Below are positions 29,901-41,900 of a stretch of DNA of 64,000 bases, piece by piece; the stretch's first letter is position 1; every line of letters begins with the position of its first letter. The notes under the pieces were generated by a model. The model had not been told where the DNA came from and searched no databases. It saw only the letters and a list, made by a program, of their open reading frames with translations. A program made the position numbers and the translations under genes. The stretch covers positions 13,082,001 to 13,146,000 of the forward strand of contig OY740789.1 in NCBI GenBank assembly GCA_963514005.1, written 5' to 3'. The DNA comes from Raja brachyura. Taxonomy: Eukaryota.

Positions 29901-32900
29901 CAGTGACCACATGGGTTTTCTCCGGGTACTCTGGTTTCATCCCACATCTCAAAGATGTGCCGGTTTGCTATTAATTGGCTTCAGTAAAGTCGTAAAGTTG
30001 TCCCTGGTGTGTCGGAAGGGGTGAGGTTTCGGGTCGAGACCCTTCTTAGTGTCCGGTTCTGCTACCTATATTATCTTGACAAATATAGAGGCCCTCCCGG
30101 CAGTGTTTAAACTAAATGTTCAAAGAGCATTGAAGAACTAAAAAAAGTTTTAAATAAATGTAACACACTAAAAACAATTGTTACAATGACAATTTTTTTT
30201 AAAATTTGCTGAAACTAAATTCTCCTTAACAACCCCAGCACCACAATTGTTTCATTTCATTTATTTTAGTGAGCACGTTGGTCTTGCAGATTAAGCTGGC
30301 ACAGGCTCAGCAGGCAGAATTACCAGCCTAAGTGCAGGGAAACTGGAGGAGGCCTGTCTGCCAATCATGCCACCATGAAAGTTCGCGCTAGTAGCAGCTG
30401 TGCATTGGGCTCCAAATTAAACCTAGAGCTGAATGCACAGCACAGCTCCGAGCAACAAAGCTCAGAGCCCCAACAATGGCTCATAGTTGGAATGGAAAAT
30501 TGTAGTTCAGCCTGTGTTCGGGAATCCTGGGCGCCCGCCAGTTAAGTGGGTAAAGGTCGGAAGACCCAAGCAGATCTGCCATAATGAAAGCTGACGATCG
30601 GGGGTATTATTCCTCCCACTAAGAACACTTCAGTGTCATATTGAAATTACTGCAGATTTAGATGGGGAAGTCCCATGTTATTGAGTCACAGATCTAAGGT
30701 TTGAATTATCCTCGATCATAGTCATGTAAATCACATTTTGGAAAATAGTCAGGAATTCCATCCCATCGGAAGACTGTTCATTTTACCTCCTTTCAAAGTT
30801 CAAAGCCAGAATTAATGAAAATGCTTTCAGGCAAGCATGAACAATTTAAATACTAATTCTTGAGAAGGGCTCATCACATTTTTAAATTCAATTGTACTAG
30901 TAAGCAATTCACAAGTCACAAAAAAATAGTAACGTTACATAGGTCAATAAACAATTGCAAATCATTTACTTCACAGTTGGCATTTTGAACCTTATGGCAA
31001 TTATTACTTATTAATCACCTATGATTGATGAGTTTGCCCAATGAGTATCCCCAGCTCAGATGTTTGCATGAAAAGCAGTCCATGGATAACTAACATCATG
31101 ATATTCACTTGCTAATAGCTGCTCAGTGCCGACGATCCCCATTATTAAAAGTAGCCGAATTGAGAAATGTAGTGTCACTGCTATAATAGGGGAATGTCTA
31201 ATAGTACATTTGGATGCATCCTCTTCCTTGAGAACATTAGTATAGCCTTTATTTATTTAACAGCACTACATTCCAGTTGGCCACACCTATAAATAAGTCA
31301 TTAAGCATGTATTCAGGCCCTTTGTACATTGAACCTCCACTAATGGGAGAGTCTAGGAACAGAGCCCATAGCCTCACAATAAAAGGAGGTACCTTTAGGA
31401 AGGAGAGGAGGAGGAATTTCTTTAGTCAGAGGGTGGTGAATCTGTGGAATTCATTGCCACAGAAGGGTGTGGAGGCTGAGTCAATGGATAGTTTTAAGGC
31501 AGAATGATAGATTCTTGATTAGTACGGGTGTGGGGATCATGACAGAAGCTTCCTCGTGGCGAATCCCAGAAACAACGACACAGTGACGTGTCGGGCGACC
31601 AATTCTGTCAACATGTTGGTCAACGACGAAAGGGGTTATGGGGAGAAGGCAGGAGACTAGGCTTGGGAGGGAAAGATAGACCAGCCATGACTGAATGGCG
31701 GAGTAGACAATGGGCTGAATGGCCTGATTCTGCTATCACTTGTGAACTGTCATGACTAAGTGGCTCATAGTCAGATGGTTTCAGTCAACAGAGAACCAGA
31801 GGCAGAGCTGTACTATTTGCTCATAAGGCACCTGCTATTACAAGGAAGAATATACCTGGAACAAGCATTAATAGCAAATGACAGCTATGCTTTGACAATG
31901 GTATAGAAAACTTGGAAAATTACATCACGGTCTCTGCAAAAAATCCTACAATTCTAAGAAAAGGAGTGATGCAGCTGTAGGATAACAGATTCCAAAATCA
32001 AATCCATCTGCAGACAAATACCTTTATATCCACATTACTGCTTTCCTCACTCCCTCTCAGTCTTTAAGAACGACATCTGACTTGTGTTTCTCCATCACTG
32101 GGTCCATGTCAATCCTTGTTCAATGTTTCCTTATCTTCAAATTACATTAATGTACAATTTAACAACCTCAGTCTATGCTTGCCCAGGTCTGGACCTGATC
32201 AAAGGGCCTGTCCCACCAGGCGATTTTTTAGGCGACTGTCATAGTCGTAGCAGGTCGCCAAAAAAACGGTAACTGGACTAATGGGCCTGTCCCACTTATG
32301 CGATTTTTTAGGCGCCTGCCGGCAATTTCGACAATGGAATTCACCGAAGTCAGCACCGGCGCCAACCTATGTCACCTGGCGACAACCTACATATAACCGT
32401 CGATTCTCCAGCATCTGCAGTTCTTTCTTTAACACTTTGTCTACTCCACTGCGATATCTCCTCAAGGTATGCCTACTTTGAAGAAGTTCTCCTCCTCCCT
32501 ACGAAGACAGTTTCACAACCTCCTCTCTAACTACTCCCCCTCTGTGATACCCCCTTCCCTCCAACTCTACGACCACATCCTCACCCAGACTCGATACCAC
32601 AGCCACATCTGCTTCCTCGGGGCCTGCCTGCGCCTCCATTTCATACCTCGTGGATTCCAGCTCCAATTCTCTGCCTCCCAGTTCGGGCCCCAGCCGGACT
32701 ATCGGTACCGACTGGCCATCCGCCGCCACACTGTACAATTCTCCAACCGGGCATTAAGATCCACCCTGGTTGCGATGTGCCGGCACCAGCAGGACCTCGC
32801 ATTGACTCTCCCGAATCTTCGGGCCTCACTCACCCAGACCTGCAACGGACCGCAACTACACTACATCCTCCGGAAGATCCACCGCTTCAATCAACAATTC

Positions 32901-35900
32901 CTGTCCCACCTTACCTCCACCAAGGACCTGAAATTAGCCCGCCTCCAGGCCGTTCCAGCCACCGACAATCCCCGACTCGACCGCCCGCAGGCCCCAGGCC
33001 CCAACTCTGGCCCGAGCCGCTGGCCTGAGTCCCCCGACGCCATCTTGGCCACAAGGAGCGCCTCCAGGACTCACCAGGACGCCGCCTTCACCGACCTCCA
33101 CGTCGATGCTGCCGCCGACCTCCACCTGCCTACCGATGATGCGCAGCCTCGCTGCCTGCCCGGTAACTCTGTTAATCTCCCCCTCCCCGATTCCACCGCC
33201 CATCACCAGCATAACGCGACTGCCGAACCTCGCCGCCCCCTGTGACCACCTAACCTCATCGCCGCACCGGGCCCATCCAGCATCGCCGGTGTACTGGGCC
33301 CGCCGAAGATCACAGGCGCACCCGCCTCACCTTGTATCGCCGCCGGACTGGGGCCCCCCGAACATGGCCGCCGCACCGCACCCCACTCTTCTCGTCGCCT
33401 CACCGGGCGGGCTGAACCTTGCCGCTGCCCCACCGACCACCCGCCCACCGGGACCACCCACGCATCGCCCGCCGACCCCGACTCCACTGCCCGCGGATTC
33501 CAACCTGCTGGCCCGCCGACCCACGACACTCCACTGCCCTCCAGCAGCCCGCAGACGTCGCCTCACCTACAGACTGGACTGTGCAGCGGGCCTGAAGCCT
33601 CCACGTTGCTCACTCCTCCCACCACTCTGTTTGTAACGGAACTGGGTCCTAGTGCCCGTCTCCCCAGCCCCGGTGACCTCAATGGCTATTCCACTGGGTC
33701 TTCCCCATCCCCCTCCTACTATGTAACCCCTGCTCTTCCCCACCCACACCACTTCCCCCATACCCCCCCCCCCCCACCCCCTGACCACCCTCCACCCCCC
33801 CCACCACACAACGTTCCGTCCTCAGTCCACTCACCTGCCTTCCTCCGGCCACAACCCCCATCCTTGCCGCGTGTTCACCATCCCCCCCGGAGCTCCCCCT
33901 CTCCGACACCGATAGATCGGTCCTCAGCAGAGGTCTTACCTTTGTCCCCCTCCGTCCCCACCTCAATGAGTTCCGCGCCCACCACGACTTGGAGCTCTTC
34001 TACCGTCGCCTCCGCCTCACAGCGTTCTTCCACGGGAATAAGTCCTCGCCCCCCACTGATGATCCCTTTTCCTGTCTCCCACGTACCCCCTCCTCGTGGA
34101 TCCCCCCTCGTGGCCCTCCAGCTTTAGAACTCTTTATACAGAACTGCTGTCGGGACATCAACCGCCTCGACGTCTCCACCCCCGTCTCACTCCAATCTCT
34201 TCCCCCCCCCCCGAACGTACTGCCATCGACTCACTCCGCAACAACCCAGACTGGGTTATCAAACCCGCCGACAAGGGAGGTGCCGTGGTAGTCTGGCGCG
34301 TCGATCTCTACAAAGAGAGTATTTTACCTTCTCCCCAAAATCCACAAACCCGACTGCCCCGGCAGACCCATTGTCTCTGCCTGTTCGTGCCCCACCGAAC
34401 ACATTTCCACATACCTTGACTCCATCCTATCCCCCTTTGTTAAATCCCTCCCCACCTATGTTCAAGACACCTCAGACACTCTCCGTCGACTCCACGCATT
34501 CCATTCCCCAGGCCCCAATCCTCTCATCTTCACCATGGACGTCCAGTCACTCTACACCTCCATCCCCCACCAGGATGGTCTCAAAGCCCTCCGGTACTTC
34601 CTCGACCAGAGGAGCAACCCATACCCGTCCACTGACACCCTCCTCCGCCTAGCAGAGTTGGTCCTTACCCTCAATAACTTCTCTTTTGACTCCTCCCATT
34701 TCCTCCAAACACAAGGCGTAGCTATGGGCACATGCATGGGCCCTAGCTACACCTGTCTCTTTGTCGGGCACATCGAACAATCTTTGTTCTCGGCGTACCA
34801 GGGCCCCACCCCCGACCTTTACCTCCGTTACATTGACGACTGCTTTGGTGTCACCTCCTGCACCCACACACAACTGACTGACTTCATCCATTTCACCACC
34901 AACTTCCATCCGGCACTCAAATACACTTGGACCATTTCCGACATTTCCCTACCACTCCTTGACCTCACCATCTCTATTGCAGGTGATACACTCCTGACCA
35001 ACATCCACTACAAACCAACTGACTCCCACAGCTACCTGGACTACTCTTCCCCCCACCCTGCTTCCTGTAAGGACTCCATCCCCTATTCCCAATTCCTCCG
35101 TCTACGCCGCATCTGCTCCCAGGATGAGGTGTACCACACCAGGTCATCACAAATGTCCTCGTTCTTCAGAGAACAGGGTTTCCCCTCCCCCACTATAGAT
35201 GAGGCTCGCACCAGGGTCTCCTCCATACCCCGCAACACTGCCCTCTCTCCCCATTCCCCCACTCACAACAAGGGCAGAGTCCCCTGGTCCTCACCTTTCA
35301 CCCCACCAGCCGGCGCATACAACAGACAGTCCTCCGCCAGTTTCGCCACCTCCAACGTGACCCCTCCACTCGCCACATCTTCCCATCTCCCCCCGTCTGC
35401 CTTCCGCAAAGATCGCTCCCTCCGCAACTCCCTTGTCAATTCTTCCCTTCCCTCCCGCTCCACCCCTTCCCCGGGCACTTTCCACACAAAGAGATGCTAC
35501 ACTTGTCCTTTCACCTCCCCCATCCACTCCTCTCAGGGACCCAAGCAGTCCTGCCAAGTCCGACAGAGGTTCACCTGCACCTCCTCCAACCTCATCTACT
35601 GCATCCGTTGCTCCAGATGCCAGCTGATTTACATCGGTGAGACCAAGCGGAGGCTGGGCGATCGTTTCGCCGAACACCTCCGCTCGGTCTGCAATAACCA
35701 ACCCGACCTCCCGGTGGCTCAGCACTTCAACTCCCCCCTCCCATTCCGTATCCGACCGCTCGGTCCTGGGCCTCCTCCACGGCCAGAGTGAGCAACACCG
35801 CAAGTTGGAGGAACAGCACCTCATATTCCACTTGGGGAGTCTGCATCCTCTGGGCTTAAACATTGAATTTTCTCTATTCTGTTAACCCAGGCTGCCTCCT

Positions 35901-38900
35901 CCCCTTCCCACCTCTCCCTCAGCCCTCGGGCCCTGGCATTCCTTCTCTCTCTATCTCTCCCCCACTCAAGTCGCACTAGCTTCTCATTTTCACACTACAA
36001 ACAGCTTACAATGGCCTGTTTCCTTTATCGTCGATACTTTTTTGCATATCTTTAATTCATTGTTCTTTATCTCTCCACATCACCGTCTATATCTCTCGTT
36101 TCCCTGATCCCTGACCAGTCTGAAGAAGGGTCTCGACCCGAAACGTCGCCTATCTCCTTCGCTCCTTAGATGCTGCTGCACCCGCTGAGTTCCTCCAGCT
36201 TTTTGTGTAACCGACAACCTACATCATCCTGGTGACAACGTACGACAGCACCTACGTCAGGAGGAGACAAGCTACGACAAGCCCATGGTCGCCGAAAAGT
36301 TTTGAACATTTCAAAACTCAGCGGCGACCAGAAAAACACTACGACCATTTGGGCGACTGAAGAGAATACTCGCGACCATACAGGCGACACCCCGGCGACC
36401 GTGTGGCGACAGCCTAGTCGCTGGCAGTCGCCCAAAAAAATTGCCGAAGTGGGACAGGCCCTTTAACCTCAAAGATGGGTCTGCAAAGCTCACCAATATC
36501 CATCCAAGCATAAACCACTTCAACATTTTTTGATAACTTTCTGACTTTGTCTGGAATAGCTTTTCAGATTAGTTTACGTTTATGTTGCTGGGAGATTAAA
36601 TTTGGTTCATATGTGGTGAACTCCAAGGAATATCCAAGTTATTCATGTTGTTGATCGTGACCCTTAGCTGGGGTACCAGATGGGATATTTAATAAATATT
36701 GGTTTCTCTCTCAATTTTGAAGTGAATGAAACGGCTTATAACCTATTCATATCCGGGATTCCGTAGAATTACAATTATTGCGCACAGCACGAGTCCCAAG
36801 GTATACGCCAAACCAACACCACTGTCCCCTAGCGTAGGGTTTTCAAATTTGCCATATGTTTGCTTATTGGTTGGTCATATGAGAATTCTCACTTTTTAAT
36901 GTTAGCATGAGTCAGTAGACAAGTAGCAAAGTAACTCAATTATGGAATGAGCTGCCAGAGGAAAAGGTAACCGAACAAGCTTCCAGAGGAAATAGTGATG
37001 GAGCGAGCTGCCAAAGGAATTGGTGGAGGCAGATGCAATTACTACATTTAAAAGGCATTTGGACAGGTACTTGGATAGGAAAAGAGTAGAGGGATTTCAA
37101 ATCAATGTACGCATACGAGATTAGTGAAGACAGGCATCACGATTTTTGAGTTGGGCCGAAGTGTTCATGTCTGAAGAAGGGTCTCGGCCTGAAACATCAC
37201 TTGTTCCTTCTTTCTAGTGATGCTGCCCGACTCGCTGAGTTACTCCAGCTTTTTGGGTCTATCTTCGGCTCATTTCCAAGCTGTACAACTCTAAAACTTT
37301 ATATAAGCCCATTCTCATATAGCTTGTGAAATTACTTTTGACGTGACAAAGAACAGAAAGCAGACAAAATTTGCTTTTAAACTTTTCTGTTCATTCATGT
37401 ATCGCATGTGCAAGAATCCATTAAATTGTTTTGTAAATTTAATTCCCACTGGAATTTTTCCAGAAGAATTTTTTCATTTTTCAGAAGACAGGAAAAATGC
37501 AGCATGACACGAGAGCAATCATATTATTCATACATGCATTTAAAGTGCTGGAGAGGGGCCCAAGTTTGTGACCTGCTGACTCAAAAGTGAGAATACTTAG
37601 CAGAGCCAAGGTAACACAACTGTTGTATAAACATCTTGAATTTCTCTCTCAATATCGACAATGATTTAGTGCCCAGATGTTTAACATTTTTCAGGTCCAA
37701 GAATACATAAATTAGTACACACAGTTCTTTCCGTCACGCTAATGTTCAGATCAAAATGCTACTAGGACGGCTCAATCTGATCACATTGTTAAATTGACAG
37801 TATATCAATGCTTTTCAACCCGACGACGTTCCTCCCTCCGACGCATAGACCAGAGGAAACATATAGCGAGTAATTAGTGCAAACCTAGTTTATTAGAATG
37901 TTTATTGAAAGAACCAGTCAGAGAAATTAATACCATCTACCATTAACTATGTGGTGAGAGGAAGCTTGCACCATTACAATCTGATAAATGAACAAGGACA
38001 TGATTTGCTTTATGAAATAAAAATGTTGTTCGCCAGCACAATTGTATAGATTTGCATAGGTCTTATTTGTGTATGAGATAAGGGGGAAACTAATAAGTGT
38101 GACACGTTTTAATTATCAGGAGATATTCTACAATCTGCCACATAGTCTGTTATTAGACAATGGTCCGAGTTAAAATTTGTGTATGGCTGAAAATTTATAA
38201 ATAGACGATAAACAGAGATTAGGATCAAACGATTAATTTTCAACATGGTGGAATGCTGCTACATATACTGCCTCTCAGTTGCTTACAATCTAAGAATTGC
38301 TTTGACAGCAAACAAAGTAGTATGTATAAACAAGTGTGGCAGCAATACAACAGCAATTGGTGAAGTAATCTGCAGAGGTAATGCAGGGCAGAGTTATTAG
38401 GGAAACCAGGTGGCACAATGTGGGAAGTATCAAATTTGCCATGTCGGGAGGAAGAATGGATGAGCAGAATATTTTTTCCATGAGAGATGGTTAGTATTCA
38501 AAGGGATAGTAAAGTGTGCTGACAATGTAAAATTAGGTAGGGAAGTAATTCATAGAGAGAATATATGGAACTATAAAATGATCATGCAAAGTAGCAGATA
38601 GAATATAATATTTATATCAGCCTGATAAAGTATAAGTGTAACATATGTCATTTCTTTTCATTCCATTTCTCTATTTTCCCCTTTGCACAGCAGAATTTGT
38701 GTAATCCACTGGGATAGCACACAAAACAATGTTTTTCACTGCATCTCAGTACACATGACAGTAAAAAAAGAGACACACTTTTGGATATGCAGGGAATGGG
38801 GGGGATATGGGTTATGTCTAGATAGATAGGAGTTGGTCTTGGCATCGTGCTCGGCAGATACTGTGAATCGAAGGGACCGTTCCTGTGTTCCTGTTCTATG

Positions 38901-41900
38901 TTAATATCAATAATTAAAGAACACCATCACGTATATAGTTCATGGAACGTTATTGCTGAGTTAATGTGGCTGAGGATGACAACCACATACTGATAAAGTG
39001 CTTTTATCAGCCCAATTCATTGTAGTCATGGTACATAACAACGTGGTAAAGGAATCCTGTAAAGCCATGTGCAGTGATACACGAGAACTATGAATTAAAA
39101 CTTTGGTGTCAGCAGTTAGGAGATTACCTCCAACAATGTACCCAAAGAAAATGTTGCTCCGAGTTGACATGTGTATTTCAAAGTATGCTGTTGTACTGCA
39201 GAGCAGTCTAACCTGCTCTGCGAAAAGCATATTTCTCATCAGTTCCAAGAAAGTTTTTTTTAGGACTCTTATTGTGCTTAAGTGGACAAGTATTTTTAGA
39301 ACATAAAATGTGTCCGAATTTTGCGTAATATTCAGATATTTCAGATGTTAGCTCAAATGTGGGGTAATGTTGGATGGAAGAGGGATGGGTAGAAATTAAA
39401 CTGAATTTTGTTGCAGGCAATGCATTGTATGTGTCAGTAGAAGTTAGTTATGCATTGTATGCTTCAGGGCAGAAGAAATTAGATGTAAAGGAGAATGTTA
39501 TGTACAGAATATGAAAGATGTCCTTGACGGTAAAGTATCTGTTAAATAACAGTGCATTTTTTGTTCTCATATGTATGTGCATGCGGATTTCTTGAAAGTT
39601 ATCAACCATTATTAAAATGTGTTAATCTTTTAATACATTATATTATTAAAATGTGCAATCCTGTTAAAGTCCAGGAAGGACAACGAAAATAAGCATGAAT
39701 CTCCCAATCTGATGAATTAACCAAGATGATATTTGGTGTTACGCTAATCGAACCCTGCAGAGAAGCTGAATATTTTTTCTGAAACCTATAGTGTCAAAAA
39801 ATCTGATAGGAGAATAAAAGCATTTATTAGCTGGGGCTATGCAAACAGTGGCAATGATGAAGGTTCCCATATTCAGTAGGAACAGGAGACCAAGCAGGAT
39901 ATTGCCTATCTGCGATATTACATTGTGACTTTCACATTGTCAGCCTAAAGTGGTTTCCCTCGAGCCCTTCTCAGATTTCCTCTCCTAGTTTTCTTGCCTG
40001 AATCATTGTTTACCTTTCTTCCACTAAATACATTGGGAAGCACTGAGGAAATAAAAGAGCACCATATAAATGTAGATCATTCAGATTTCTCGTTTCTCAA
40101 TTATGGCCTGATAATGGCAAAACAAACGTATACTTTAATTTTGGAAAAATGCACCCACCCCAACTCTTAAAATGTGGATTACTTGCATGTCTGAGACGCT
40201 ACATCTCGAAGATATGAGACTCGTCTTAGCAGGAAAATCAGAGCAATTTTTGGTCTCCTTTCATTGATAGTATGGTGCAACACAACTTCGGAATTAAACC
40301 GATTTACGGACAGGGTGATGGGTGTGGTGAGAAACAAAGTAGGTATATCAACACGTTTTGATCTTTTTTTTCTTTTTATTATTTTTTGTTTTTGTCTTTT
40401 TATTTTTTTAATAAGTTTTTACTTATTCACTCTGTGACTACACTCTTTGGTAATATAGCGGTTTACACATTCACTATCTCTTTCACTCTCTTTCTTGCTC
40501 TTTTTCTATTTCATTTGTCAAAATTTAAATGGAAGATATACAATAAATGTATTTTGTCATATGCCACGGATTATACTACTGCACACGGCTTCTAATAAAT
40601 ATATATATTTTTTAAATCTCCACCACAGCTCAAACTGAAAGTCGAGGTAAGAAAAATATACGACAACAACTTTAAATGCAAATATGTAACAATAGAATCT
40701 TATGTAACAATGGAAAATGCGACAAACACTCAGATCAAATGTGTCACCTGACTCTCAGCCTGAAGAAGGGTCTGGACCCGAATCATCTCCCATTCGTTCT
40801 CTCCAGAGATGCTGCCTGTCCCGCTGAGTTACTCCAGCATTTTGTGTCTACTCAACAGATCATGCAGCTTCTATAGAATGAAGAACGTTACCATTTCAGG
40901 TCAAAGACCCTTTATCAGAACTTCATTTAAAAAGTGAAATGAATTGAATTGTAATTTTCCTATTTGTTTCAATTAATATTATTATTTGAATGCATTTACA
41001 TAAAGTAATCATGTTTAAAGTGAATGAAGTTCGGATTAAGTATCTTTACCTTGAAATGTTAGCTCTGTAAGAGCACATAATAAATGAAAAAAAACAAAAA
41101 AACTGCAGATGCTGGAAACCTGATATAAACACAGAAATGCCGGAAACATTCAGTAGTTCAGCCTGAACTACTGAATGTTTCCGGCATTTCTGTTTTTCTG
41201 GCCCTTTATGAAGTTCTGACAGCATCTCTGGAGAGAACGAATGGGAGATGTTTCGGGTCGAGACCCTTCTTCAGGCTGAGAGTCAGGTGACACATTTGAT
41301 CTGAGTGTTTGTCGCATTTTCCATTGGGTCTTTTTTCCCCCATTTATTATGTGCTTTTACATCAAGCTTTAAATATTCAACTACTTTAATATTTTAGACC
41401 AGGATCGATAAAACTGACATCTGTGTTGAAGACCCAAGATTAATTATAATAGTAATAATTTAGGACAGATTTCATAGTCTTTTCCTACCTTTGGAGAAAT
41501 GTAACAATAAACTTTTTTGGGTTTCTTCACTTTCTCAATTGTCTGATCCCCATCTTTATCATCTTCTTCCTCATCAGTGGTGATCGATTGGTGTCGACTC
41601 GCAGTGGAATATGTGATTGGTGATGATTGCCAATGTGAATGAGCATAATTTGTTGTGCTATACAAGTAGGCCTCAAAATACACACTGCTTCCGGGAGACG
41701 AAACGTTCTTTTCTACTATATTCTTTTCATTTTCTATTATGGAAAAAAAGGAAATAGTGGATTAGAATTAATCTGATTAAAAATGTTTCTGAATGAAGAG
41801 AATACGCTTCATGCAGAAACACATCTAATCGGAACAAGCAGTATATATCGTATTTCAGAATGCCAAGTATTACTATTCACAACATAAAAATAGAAAATAT

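Larger units (their letters stand above)
32393..36212 (+). mobile_element. Penelope-like retroelement (probably Neptune-type), near unit length, with frameshifts and an internal deletion
   Basis: N-terminal [18 protein letters not shown]; LSRGLTFVP; [12 protein letters not shown]; RT motifs [22 protein letters not shown]; Cys linker KRCYTCP; [35 protein letters not shown]. Confidence 0.93.
32281..36463. mobile_element. PIF/Harbinger-like MITE split by the Penelope insertion (arms about 32281-32392 and 36213-36463); an extra left TIR lies at about 32203
   Basis: gggcctgtcccactt at 32283 and aagtgggacaggccc ending at 36461; interior matches the 6214-6521 family. Confidence 0.75.

Noticed and set aside
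32499-34291. Many overlapping Pro/Gly/Arg-rich ORFs on both strands
   Set aside because: By-products of the C-rich Penelope sequence in alternative frames, not independent genes.
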